Part shown: positions 36,272 to 46,000 of the stretch, piece by piece
Layout: the number at the start of each line of letters is the position of its first letter
How positions within the stretch are numbered: the first letter of the stretch is position 1
Source: an uncultured Acidobacteriota bacterium
GTDB lineage: Bacteria; Acidobacteriota; Thermoanaerobaculia; Multivoradales; SZUA-115
DNA length: 64,000 nt
Assembly (NCBI GenBank): GCA_963805975.1
Contig: CAWDVR010000006.1
Location: forward strand, 96,001-160,000
Direction: 5' to 3'
Notes under the pieces: generated by a model
Seen by the model: only the letters and a program-made list of their open reading frames with translations
Told to the model about the DNA's origin: nothing
Database searches by the model: none
Translations under genes and position numbers: made by a program

Positions 36272-38325
36272 CCTTGCCGCGGCTCGAAGCCGCGCCGCGA
36301 GCTCCCGCCGCGCCGCCCGCGGCGCCGCGAATTGCCCTGCTCGGCAACCCCAACACCGGCAAGACCACCCTCTTCAACCGGCTCTGCGGTATGCGGGCCA
36401 AGACCGCGAACTTCCCCGGCACCACCACCGACGCCCGCATCGGCCGCACCAGCCTGGGAGACGGCGCCCAGGGAAACGGAGGCCCGGACGCCGGCGGCCA
36501 TGCCGAGGTGGTGGACCTTCCCGGCCTCTACCGCCTGGGCCTCGACATGCCGGAGGCCCGGCTCTGCCGCGCGGTGCTCGCCGGCGAGGGTCTCTACCGC
36601 CGGCCCGATGCCGTGGCCGTGGTAGTCGATGCCACCAACCTGACCCGCAACCTCTTCCTGGTGGCCGAGCTGCTGGCGACCGGCCTGCCGACAGTGGTCG
36701 CCCTGAACATGGTCGACCTGGCGCAGCGACGGGGGCTGTCGATCGACCCCGAGCGGCTGGCCGAGCACCTGGGCTGCCCAGTGGTGCCGGTGATGGCGCG
36801 CCGCGGCCAGGGCGTGTCTGACCTACAGCGGGCCCTCGCCAGGGCGGTGGAGGAGGGGCCCGCCTTCCGGCCGTCCTGGCGCCGCTCGCCGCTGCCGGAC
36901 ACCTCGAGCTTCGCCGATCTCGAGGTCTGGGCCGACCGGGTGGTCGCGGGGAGCCTCGGCGGCGAGAGCGCGGTGGGCTCGTCGGCCGACACTCTGACCG
37001 AGCGGCTGGACCAGGCGTTCACCCATCCGGTGATCGGCGTCGCGGTCTTCGCGCTGGTGATGGGCTTCCTGTTCTGGACGCTCTTCGCCCTCGCCACCGT
37101 GCCCATGGACCTGATCGAGGCCACTTTCACCCACCTGGGCGGCTGGGTGCAGTCGGTGGTGCCCGAGGGCGCGCTCGGGGATCTGATCGCCAACGGGGTG
37201 CTGGGCGGTATCGCCGGCACCGTGGTCTTCCTGCCGCAGATCTGCCTGCTTTTCTTCCTCATCAGCCTGCTCGAGGACACCGGCTATCTGGCCCGCGCCG
37301 CCTTCGTGATGGACCGCATCCTCTGCCGCTTCGGCCTGCCCGGCCATGCCTTCGTGCCGCTGCTGTCGAGCCATGCCTGTGCGCTGCCGGGGATCATGTC
37401 GGCGCGCCTGATCCCCGACCGCAAGGACCGCCTGGCCACCATCCTGGTGGCGCCGTTCATGAGCTGCTCGGCGCGGCTGCCGGTGTACGTGCTCCTGACC
37501 GGCCTGCTGTTCGCCGACTCGCCGGCCAAGGCCGGGCTGCTCTTCGCCGGCTGCTACCTGTTGGGCGCGGTGGCGGCGCTCGGCACCGCTTTCCTGGCGC
37601 GCCGCACGCTCCTGCCCGGCCGCTCGCGCTCGATGGTCCTCGAGCTGCCGTCGTACAAGCTGCCCTCGCTGCGCACCGCCGCCTTCGTGGCCATCGACCA
37701 GGCAGGAAACTTCCTGCGCAAGGCGGGTACGGTGATCCTCGGCATCTGCATCGTGATGTGGTGGTTGTCGGCCTATCCCCATTCCACGCCGCCTCCCGAG
37801 GCGCAGGTGCTGCGGCAGCAGGCGGCGGCGCTCGCCGCCTCGGCGCCGGAGGATGCCGCCGTGCTCGAAGCGCGGGCGGGCTCTCTCGAGCGCCGTGCGG
37901 CGCAGAGCGGAAGCTTCGCCGGCCGCATGGGCCGCGCCGCCGAGCCGCTGTTCCGGCCCCTGGGCTACGACTGGCAGTTGACGGTCGGCGTGCTCACCAG
38001 CTTCGTGGCGCGGGAGGTCTTCGTGTCGACGATGTCGGTGCTGCTGGTGGGGGACGACGATCTCGACGTCGCGGAGCGCGGGGTGCGCGAGCGCATCGGT
38101 GCCGCCGAGCGCGACGACGGCACGCCGGTGTTCACGCCGGCGACGGCGGCGAGCCTCTTGATCTTCTACGTGCTCGCCATGCAGTGCCTGCCGACTCTGG
38201 CGCTCACCCGGCGGGAGACGGGCAGCATGAAGTGGGCGGCGCTCCAGCTCGGCTACATGTCGGCAGTGGCCTACGCGGGGGCGCTCGTCACCTACCAGGG
38301 ATTGCATTTCCTGGGGGTGTCGTGA
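36268..38325 (+). CDS. feoB: Ferrous iron transport protein B
   Basis: GNPNTGKTTLFN, ANFPGTT, DLPGLY, VALNMVD, LEDTGYLARAAF, PFMSCSARLPVY, ELPSY, AREVFVS. Confidence 0.95.
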   Translation: MTLPRLEAAPRAPAAPPAAPRIALLGNPNTGKTTLFNRLCGMRAKTANFPGTTTDARIGRTSLGDGAQGNGGPDAGGHAEVVDLPGLYRLGLDMPEARLCRAVLAGEGLYRRPDAVAVVVDATNLTRNLFLVAELLATGLPTVVALNMVDLAQRRGLSIDPERLAEHLGCPVVPVMARRGQGVSDLQRALARAVEEGPAFRPSWRRSPLPDTSSFADLEVWADRVVAGSLGGESAVGSSADTLTERLDQAFTHPVIGVAVFALVMGFLFWTLFALATVPMDLIEATFTHLGGWVQSVVPEGALGDLIANGVLGGIAGTVVFLPQICLLFFLISLLEDTGYLARAAFVMDRILCRFGLPGHAFVPLLSSHACALPGIMSARLIPDRKDRLATILVAPFMSCSARLPVYVLLTGLLFADSPAKAGLLFAGCYLLGAVAALGTAFLARRTLLPGRSRSMVLELPSYKLPSLRTAAFVAIDQAGNFLRKAGTVILGICIVMWWLSAYPHSTPPPEAQVLRQQAAALAASAPEDAAVLEARAGSLERRAAQSGSFAGRMGRAAEPLFRPLGYDWQLTVGVLTSFVAREVFVSTMSVLLVGDDDLDVAERGVRERIGAAERDDGTPVFTPATAASLLIFYVLAMQCLPTLALTRRETGSMKWAALQLGYMSAVAYAGALVTYQGLHFLGVS

Positions 38326-38558
38326 CGACGGCCGCCACGGTCCTCGGCCTGCCGCTTTCCGACTGGCAGTTCTATGCCGTGACGGTGCTGGCGGCGGCCG
38401 GCGGCTGGCTCGCCGTGCGGCCCTTCTTCGCCCGCCGCGGCCGGCCGGGGACGAGGGGCTGCTCGAGCTGCACCTTCGGGACAGGGACCTCGGCCGGCGC
38501 CGCGCCCAAGTCGGAAGCGCCCTCGAACCTGGTGTCGATCGGCCGCCGGCCGCGCTAG
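38322..38558 (+). CDS. FeoB-associated Cys-rich membrane protein
   Basis: GTGA overlap with the feoB stop; single TM (WQFYAVTVLAAAGGWLAV) followed by GCSSC. Confidence 0.7.
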   Translation: MTTAATVLGLPLSDWQFYAVTVLAAAGGWLAVRPFFARRGRPGTRGCSSCTFGTGTSAGAAPKSEAPSNLVSIGRRPR

Positions 38559-39052
38559 GCGATCCGCGCCGGCATCGCGCGGCGCTTTTCCGCACAGGCG
38601 TTGCACAGCCCGAGGATCTGGAGCTGGTGGTGGTCCGGCGAGAAGCCGTGGGCGCGGCAGATGCCGCTCTGCAACGCGGCGATGCCGGGGCTCACGAACT
38701 CCACCACCCGGCCGCAGCCGGCGCACACCAGGTGGTCGTGGCTCTGGCCGGCGTGCAGGTGCTCGTAGAGGTAGCGGTCCTGGCCCAGCCGCTGCTTGCG
38801 CACCAGGCCGCAGGCCACCAGCACCTCGAGGTTCCGGTAGACCGTGGCGCGCGAGATCTTGTGCCCCCGCCCCTTGAGGGCCGCCAGCAGCTCCTCGGCG
38901 TCGATGTGGCGGTGCTGGCGGTAGATCTCCTCGAAGACCGCCAGGCGCTCGGAGGTCAGGCGCAGGCCGCGGTCGCGCAGGAAGGCGAGGAACTGGGCGT
39001 GCTCCTCGGGGCTGGCGAGCGAGCGCGGCGAGGCGGAGGGCTGAGCAGGCAT
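38555..39052 (-). CDS. fur: Fur-family transcriptional regulator
   Basis: GLRLTSERLAV, HIDAEEL, ISRATVYRNL, HDHLVCAGCGRVVEF, GLCNAC. Confidence 0.9.
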   Translation of the reverse strand: MPAQPSASPRSLASPEEHAQFLAFLRDRGLRLTSERLAVFEEIYRQHRHIDAEELLAALKGRGHKISRATVYRNLEVLVACGLVRKQRLGQDRYLYEHLHAGQSHDHLVCAGCGRVVEFVSPGIAALQSGICRAHGFSPDHHQLQILGLCNACAEKRRAMPARIA

Positions 39053-39075
39053 CGCGAGTATTCTACGCGCCGCTG

Positions 39076-39104
39076 CAGAGGGGCGCACGCCGTGCGCCCC
39101 TCTG
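39076..39104. repeat. Perfect 13-bp palindromic hairpin (REP-like or terminator) between pfkB and fur
   Basis: CAGAGGGGCGCAC-GCC-GTGCGCCCCTCTG. Confidence 0.55.
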
Positions 39105-39105
39105 G

Positions 39106-40086
39106 CTACGCGCCCGGCTCCGCTCCGAAGTTCTCCCGGTAGCGCGCGGAGAACTCTGCCTTGTCGTACCTGTGGTTCGAGGTGCCGTAGCGCTCGATGC
39201 AGTAGACGGCCGCCACCGCGCCCATGCGACCGCAGACGCTCAGCTCGAAGCCCTCCACCAGCCCGGCCACGAAGCCGCCACGGAAGGCGTCGCCGGCGCC
39301 GGTGGGATCGACCACCTCGAGCACCCGGGCCGCGGGCACGGCCACCATACCGCCGTCGCGGAGCAGGATCTCGCTGCCCTGAGCGCCGTAGGTAACCACC
39401 AGGAAGTCGTGCTCGGCCTGAATCTCGGCCGCCGTCTTGCCGGTCTTCTCGCGCAGCACCGTGAACTCGTAGTCGTTGACCACCAGCGCCATGGCGCCGG
39501 CGGCGGCGCGGGAGAGGGTGTCGCCGTCCATCGCCGTGACCTGGAACGAGGGATCGAAGAGAAAGGGCAGGCCGGCGGCGCTCGCTTCGAGGCAGTGGCG
39601 CACCATGGCTTCGGGATCGTCGGGGGCGATCACCGCGAGCGCCGCCCCGGGGCCGGCCTCCCTGGTGAGCGAGAGCTCGCGCGCCCGCTTCATGGCGCCG
39701 ACGTAGAAGCCGGTGATCTGGCAGTGGGCCTTGTCGCTGGTGATGAAGCAGCACGCCGTCTTCTCTTCGGGGAAGACGGTGATGCCTTCGACGTCGACGC
39801 CCTGCGCGACCAGCCAGCTCCGGTAGTCGGCGAAATCCGCGCCGGCGGTGGCGACGATGCGCGGCCTGGCCCCGAGCAGCGCCAGGGTATAGGCGATGTT
39901 GGCGGCACAGCCGCCGCGCTGTTGATTCCATTGCTCGACGAGGAAAGAAATGTTGATCACGTGGGCCTTGTCGGCCAGGATGTGATCCTTGAAGAAGCCT
40001 GGGAAATCCATGATGTTGTCAAAGGCCAATGAGCCCGTGACCACCACCTGTCCGGAGCCCAGCCGGGCCCTGCTGCTCTCTGCCAA
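39106..40086 (-). CDS. PfkB-family carbohydrate/nucleoside kinase (adenosine kinase-like)
   Basis: VTGSLAFDNIM, GGCAANIAY, NDYE, VTYGAQGS, DPTGAGDAFRGGF; TTG start with GAGGGG RBS. Confidence 0.9.
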   Translation of the reverse strand: MAESSRARLGSGQVVVTGSLAFDNIMDFPGFFKDHILADKAHVINISFLVEQWNQQRGGCAANIAYTLALLGARPRIVATAGADFADYRSWLVAQGVDVEGITVFPEEKTACCFITSDKAHCQITGFYVGAMKRARELSLTREAGPGAALAVIAPDDPEAMVRHCLEASAAGLPFLFDPSFQVTAMDGDTLSRAAAGAMALVVNDYEFTVLREKTGKTAAEIQAEHDFLVVTYGAQGSEILLRDGGMVAVPAARVLEVVDPTGAGDAFRGGFVAGLVEGFELSVCGRMGAVAAVYCIERYGTSNHRYDKAEFSARYRENFGAEPGA

Positions 40087-40348
40087 GACGTTCCCCTCGT
40101 AAGAAGTTACAGAATGTTCGCGAGGTCCGCGACGGCCGGCGGAAAAACCGCGGCATTGTCTCACACCTGGAAAAAGCTGCGGCAAAACGCAGTTTTTTGA
40201 GCCATCTGCCTCTCTGGGTTCGTGCTATCCTGAAGTCGCTGTCCCAACTGCATGGCCGCGCGGGTGTGTGCTCCAAGGTGGAGCCTCGGGCGTAGGAGTC
40301 CCTCCCGCGAGGAGCCTTTGACGTAGGAGCTTCGATGTCTTGTGCAGC

Positions 40349-40834
40349 ATGGTGCGAGCCCGGTCGCGTTCTCTCAGTGTCTCGCTGCTGCTGGCGATCG
40401 CCGCCGGCAGCGGCGGCTGTGGCCTGGTGTCGTTCACGCAAGGAATGTTCGGAGGCCGGCTGCCCTTGGAGGTGACGGTCGCCGCCGCGGCCAACCAGGG
40501 GAGCGCAGTCGCGGTCGAGGTGCTGGTGGTCTACGACAAGAAGGTGCTCGACAAGATCCTGGCGCTGCCGGCGCGCACCTGGTTCGAGACCGCGAGCCAG
40601 TACGAGCGCGATTTTCCCGCGAGCTTCGAGCGCTCGCGCTGGGAGTGGGTGCCCGGCCAGCAGGTGGCGCGCCAGGAGATCGAGTACCGGGCCGGGGCCA
40701 AGGCGGCGGTGATCTTCGCCGACTACCTGGCCCCCGGCGCCCACCGCCTGCGGCTCGATCCGCGGCAGCCCTCGCGGCTGCTCTTGGGAGAGACGGGTTT
40801 CACCATCGAGCCGCTGGCGGCCGAGGATCATTGA
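40349..40834 (+). CDS. tssJ: T6SS outer-membrane lipoprotein TssJ-like
   Basis: Lipoprotein signal ending SGGC; ANQGSAVAVEVLVVYD, WF, WEWVPGQ, VIFADY; first gene of the T6SS operon. Confidence 0.7.
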   Translation: MVRARSRSLSVSLLLAIAAGSGGCGLVSFTQGMFGGRLPLEVTVAAAANQGSAVAVEVLVVYDKKVLDKILALPARTWFETASQYERDFPASFERSRWEWVPGQQVARQEIEYRAGAKAAVIFADYLAPGAHRLRLDPRQPSRLLLGETGFTIEPLAAEDH

Positions 40835-40859
40835 AGCCGGGACGGCCGAGGACCAGAGC

Positions 40860-42266
40860 GTGAGCGGAGCCGAGCGCAAGAGCGAACAGGAACCGGAGTC
40901 AGGGCGCACCCGCGCCCGGCTGTCGATCGCCGCCCACGAGGTGCCGCTGGCGCTCCAGTGGCACGAAGGCATGCTGCTCGCGCCGCAGCACTTTCAGCAG
41001 TTTGCACTGCGCCAGGACGCGCTCTTCCACTATCACGCCGCCTTGCTTTCCCCGTTCCATTGGGGGGTGCGGCACCTGCGCATCGATCCCGTCCATCTCG
41101 TGGACGGGGTGCTCCGCGTGCTGGAGCTCGACGCCGTGATGCCGGACGGCTTGGTGGTGCACTCGCTGCCCGGCGACGGGCCGGAGCTCTCGGTCGACCT
41201 CGGTCCTCATCTCGACGCCCTGAAGCAGCGCCCGGCGACGGTCCACTTGGCGGTGGCCGGCCACCGGCGGGGCATCGCGCCGGTGGGGGGCGAGATGGCG
41301 CGCTACGAGTCGGTGGACAGCGGGCCGGTGGCGGACGAGAACACCGGCGAGGGTGAGCTCCGCCTGCCGCGGCTGCGACCCAGCCTGCGCCTGCTGGTCG
41401 AGGACGAGCCGCCGGCGCGCTTCTCGAGCTTCCCGCTGGCGCGCGTCGCCTACCGCAACGAGACCTTCGAGCTGCAGCCGACCTTCGTGCCGCCGACGCT
41501 CCGGGTGACGCTCGACTCGGTTCTGGGCGAGCTCTGCCTGGGGGTGGCCCGGCGCCTGCGCGAGAAGGCGGTCTTCCTGGCGGACCAGGTGCGCTCGCCG
41601 TCGATCGCCGCCCGGCCCTCGCAGCTCCTCGAGACGCGCGCCCAGGTCCAGGGTCTCGTTGCCGGTCTGCCGGTGATCGAAGCGATGCTCAACTCCAATT
41701 ACGCGCACCCTTATCCTCTGTTCCTGAGCCTTTGCGCGGTGATGGGATCGGTGGCAGGGGTGGGCAAGGGCCTGGTGCCGCCGGCCTTGCCGCCGTACGA
41801 CCATCACGACCTCTTCTCGACCTTCGACGCGGCCCGCGCCTTCGTCTTCCAGACCCTGGAGGAGGGCATCCTCGAGTCGTTCACCGGCTATGCCTTCGTG
41901 TTGAAGGAGGGCTCGTTCCTGCTGCCCTTCGATCGCCAGTGGGCCGACCGCGACGTGGTGCTCGGGTTGCGCGCCAGGGACGGCGTTCCCGAGGCCGAGA
42001 CCACGGCCTGGATGGAAGGGGCGGTCATCGCCTCGCGGCCGAAGATGCCGGCGCTCGCCGCCAAGCGCATGGCCGGCGCGCCGCGGGCCCGGGTCGAGAG
42101 CGATGGCGACCTGGTGCCGTCACGCGGTGTCAGCCTGTTCTCCCTCTCCCCGGTTCCCGAGCTGGTGACGCCGGGCGAGCTGCTCGAGATCGTCAACCCG
42201 GACGACCCCGGAGGTCGACGCCGGCCGGCGGAGATCGTCCTCTACGTGCGCAACCGGCCTCGCTAG
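40860..42266 (+). CDS. tssK: T6SS baseplate subunit TssK
   Basis: QWHEGMLLAPQHFQQ, FHWGV, VMPDG, FVPP, HPYPLF, YDHHDL. Confidence 0.9.
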   Translation: MSGAERKSEQEPESGRTRARLSIAAHEVPLALQWHEGMLLAPQHFQQFALRQDALFHYHAALLSPFHWGVRHLRIDPVHLVDGVLRVLELDAVMPDGLVVHSLPGDGPELSVDLGPHLDALKQRPATVHLAVAGHRRGIAPVGGEMARYESVDSGPVADENTGEGELRLPRLRPSLRLLVEDEPPARFSSFPLARVAYRNETFELQPTFVPPTLRVTLDSVLGELCLGVARRLREKAVFLADQVRSPSIAARPSQLLETRAQVQGLVAGLPVIEAMLNSNYAHPYPLFLSLCAVMGSVAGVGKGLVPPALPPYDHHDLFSTFDAARAFVFQTLEEGILESFTGYAFVLKEGSFLLPFDRQWADRDVVLGLRARDGVPEAETTAWMEGAVIASRPKMPALAAKRMAGAPRARVESDGDLVPSRGVSLFSLSPVPELVTPGELLEIVNPDDPGGRRRPAEIVLYVRNRPR

Positions 42267-42296
42267 GCCTGCCGGCACGCCCCGCCTCGAGCTCCC

Positions 42297-43028
42297 GTGG
42301 ACAGCGCCAACCTCTCGCCGCAGCTCGCCGTCCAGTTCCAGGAGCTCTGCCGTGAGGTGATCCGCCTCAAGCAGCAGATCCTGGCCCCGGACTTCGAGGC
42401 CGGGGACGGGGAGAGCGCCAGCCCGGCCGTGGTCTGGCAGACCCTGGTCAACCTGCTCGAGCGCCAGGCACTGGCCGCGCGGGCCGGCGGCGGCGACCTC
42501 GCGGCAGAGCTCTACAGCCACGCTCAGTTCGTGATGGCGGCGCTCGCCGACGAGGTCTTCCTCAACCTCGACTGGCCGGGTCGCGAGCAGTGGCGAGCCA
42601 ACCTGCTGGAAGCGAAGTTCTTCGGCTCGCACCGCGCCGGCGATATCTTCTTCACTCGCCTCGACGATCTCCTGGCGCGCCGCGGCGCGGTGTACACCGA
42701 TCTCGCCTACGTCTACCTCATGGCGTTGGGGCTGGGCTTCGAAGGCAGGTACCGCGGGGAGGCCGGAGCGGAGGTGGCGCTCGCCGGCTACCGCCAGCGG
42801 CTCTTCAGGTTCATCTTCCACCGCGAGTCGAGCCTCGACGAGGAGGCGCTGGTGCCGCAGGCCTACGGCGTCACCCTGGAAGAAGGGACCGGCCGGCGCC
42901 TGCCGTATCTCAAGCCCTGGATCCTGGCCGGAGTGGCCGTGGTGGTGCTCTGGTTCGTCCTCTCCTTCCCGATCTGGTGGCGTCTGACGGGCGAGCTCGA
43001 GCAGATCCTGCTGGGAATCCTCCAGTGA
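42297..43028 (+). CDS. tssL: T6SS DotU/TssL (no OmpA domain)
   Basis: FVMAALADEVFL, W..NLLEAKFFGSHRAGDIFF, YLMALGLGFEGRYRG; C-terminal TM. Confidence 0.9.
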   Translation: MDSANLSPQLAVQFQELCREVIRLKQQILAPDFEAGDGESASPAVVWQTLVNLLERQALAARAGGGDLAAELYSHAQFVMAALADEVFLNLDWPGREQWRANLLEAKFFGSHRAGDIFFTRLDDLLARRGAVYTDLAYVYLMALGLGFEGRYRGEAGAEVALAGYRQRLFRFIFHRESSLDEEALVPQAYGVTLEEGTGRRLPYLKPWILAGVAVVVLWFVLSFPIWWRLTGELEQILLGILQ

Positions 43029-46000
43029 GCAGGCTGATGGCGGCGTGGCCCGTCCTGCTGGTGATCGTTCTCGCGTTGGCGGTGGCGATCACGCTCTACC
43101 TGGTGAGCCTGCTGCGCAAGGCGAAGCAGAAGGCGCTCATCGAAGAGGAGCCGCCCGCGGCCGCGCCACCGCCGGCCGCGGAAGACGCCGCGGCCGAGCC
43201 GGAGGTCGCGGCCAAGAGAGGGCTCGCGCGCTCGTTCCGGCGCGCCCTTTCCCGCCTCTCCCGCCACGTGGGCGTCCGCCGGGCGCAGTACCGCCTGCCC
43301 TGGGTGCTGCTCTTCGGAGCACCGGGCTCGCGCCCGCGCGACCTCCTGGCCGAGGCCGGGATCAACCTGCCCTTCGGCTCGCCGCTGGGCAGCGAGAGCG
43401 AGAGCGGGCTCGCCTGGTGGATGCTCGATCACGGCGTGGTGCTCGACCTGGACGGCGGCTACGTGCTCGGCGCCGCCGGGCGGAGCACCGGCTCCCTCGG
43501 CTGGGGGCGCTTCCTGCGCCTCACCCAGCGGCACCGGCCCGAGCGGCCGCTCGACGCGGTGGTGCTCACGCTGACCGCCGGCGAGCTCCTCGCGGCGCGG
43601 CGCCAAGGCGCCGCGGGGCTGGCCGATCTCGAACGGCGGGCCGGCTCTTTCTGCCAGAAGCTCTGGCAGGTCGAGAGCGTGCTCGGCATCCGCTGCCCGG
43701 TCTACGTGCTGATCACCGGCTGCGAGGCGCTGCCGAGCTTCGACGGCTTCTGCGCGGCACTGCCGGCGCGGCACTCGACCGAGATGCTCGGCTGGTCCAA
43801 CCCCTACGCGCTCGACGCCGCTTACCGGCCGGGCTGGGTGAAGGAGGCTTTCCGAGGCCTCGTCACCCGCCTGGGCCAGGTGCAGCTCGAGGTCTTCGCC
43901 GAGCCGACCCTGGTCGCGCAAGGCGAAGAGGTGCTGATCTTTCCCGAGGAGGTCGCGGCGCTCGAGGAACCGCTCGCCGTGTACCTCGACCCGCTCTTCC
44001 AGCAGAGCGCCTACCGCGAAGGGCTGCTGCTGCGCGGCATCTACCTGACGGGTGCCGCGCCGGACGCCGCCGGGGCCTCGTCGCGGGGGTACTTGTTCCA
44101 TCACTTCCTCAAGGGCCTCTTCGAGCACAAGATCTTCCGTGAGCGCGGGCTGGCGGAGCCGACCCGCGGCACCTGGCTGGCCAAGAACCGGCGCAAGCTG
44201 GCCACGCAGGCGGCGGTGGCCGCGCTCGCGGTCACGCTCGTCGCCGGCTCGGTCTTCGGCTACTTCTCCCTGCGCCGCGGCCGCGACGACCTCAAGACCT
44301 TCCTCGAGGAGACCGCCATCCACGTCGACGAGCTGCGGCGTGCGCGCGAGGCGGGAAAGCCTCTCGACCGCGGCGTGGTCGTGCGGCAGGCGGCCCACCT
44401 GATGGAGGGCATGTCCAACCTCGACGTGGATCGGCTGGGGTCGTTCTTCCTGCCCGCCTCCTGGGGTTGGTTGACTGACTTCGACGACCACATGGTCGCG
44501 GCCACGGTACGCGTGCAGGAGGACGTGATCTTCCGCGCCATCGGCTTCGACCTCGAGCGGCGTGCCTTGGAGCTCACCAAGGCGCCGTCTCGCGCCTCGG
44601 GCTCCGCCGGGGACTCTGTGGCCTGGCAAGCCGCGGCGGCGGTCGCGGCCGATCCCGGCGTGCTGGTCCTGACCCCTCTCGAGCGCCTGCCGGAGTTCGA
44701 GACCTGGTCGCGCTCGGTTGACGACCTCCAGGCGCTCGAGAACGCGGCCGAGCTCTACAACGGCCTGCCGGAGACCCGCGACCTGAACCACCTGGCGCGG
44801 GTCATCGAGTACCTCTTCGGCAAGCCGCCGCCGAAGGCGCTCTTCGAGCACTCGCGTCTCTACCGCGAGGCCCTCGCCGCCAGCCAGTTCCCGCCCTTCA
44901 AGGTCGCGGACTACGAGGCGGCGGCGGAGGTCCGCGTGGAGGCGCTGGGCCGCGACTTCTACCGGCGCCTGTTCGCCGGCAACGAGGTCTTCGCCGCGCT
45001 CCGCGCGCTGGCGCAGGACCTCGACGGCGTCGCGCACGGTGGCCTGGCGGACATCGAGGTCTTCGCCGACCTGGTGGCGAGGATCGACCTCGTCGAGACC
45101 GCGCTGGCCCAGCCCGAGCTCGACTGGGCGCGGCGCCCGACCTTCGACCTCGGAGCGGCCCACAACGAGACGCTGTCGGAGATCAGCGGCTCGGCGTTCC
45201 TGGGCGCCGACCTGGCGGAGAGCCTGCGCCAGGAAGGGGAAGCGGGCTGGCGGCTGGTGCGCGCCGGGCTCGCCGATCTCGAATCACCGGTCACCGGGCC
45301 GCTCCTGGTGCAGGACGACGGCGAGCCCAGGCTGCAGCTCTCGACCGACACCGTGTTCCTGAAGGCGGCACTCTCGAGCTTTCTCGACGAGAGCTTCCTC
45401 GCGAGCTCCGCGGCGCGCTCCTTCGATTCCACCCTCCGGCCCGGCTCCCGGCTGTTCTGGGACCTGGCGCTGCTCGAGGAGGCGGGGAAGCTCGACGAGG
45501 TCTTCAAGCGCTTCGAGGGCCAGACGCTGACGCTCTTCGCCGAGGCCCTGCGCCCTGCCATCAGCGACGTGGCCCGCGCCGAGCTGGGGGCGCGGATGGA
45601 GGACCTGATCGCCCGCGCCCAACGCTTCGAGCCGATGCCGGAAGCCGTCTCGCCGTTGCTCGCGGAGGCCGAGCTGGGAGACGAGATCGAGAGCTTCTCG
45701 CAGGCGGCCAAGCCGCTCCACCAGCTCGCCGACGCCTTCGGCCGCCTGCGCCTGGTGCGCCGCCAGCAGGCCCTCTCCGGGCTGGTGGCGGAGCAGGGGG
45801 CGGGCCTCCTGGCCGAGGTGGATCGCCTGCTGGTCGCCGGCGCCCCCTACCGGCCGCGGCAGGGTGACTTCTCCTGGTGGCAGGGAGAGGCGCAGGTGGC
45901 GCTCACCGCCTTCGACGTGGCGGACACGGCCGAGCTCGAGGCGTACCTCGCCGCCGAGCGGGAGCGCGCCAAGCGGCTGGCGACCGGCTATGCGCAGCCG

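Noticed and set aside
40190-40340. Promoter or riboswitch upstream of the T6SS operon
   Set aside because: Only an extended -10-like TGCTATCCT (40223-40231) is visible; no properly spaced -35, sigma54 motif or recognisable riboswitch, so it is not called.
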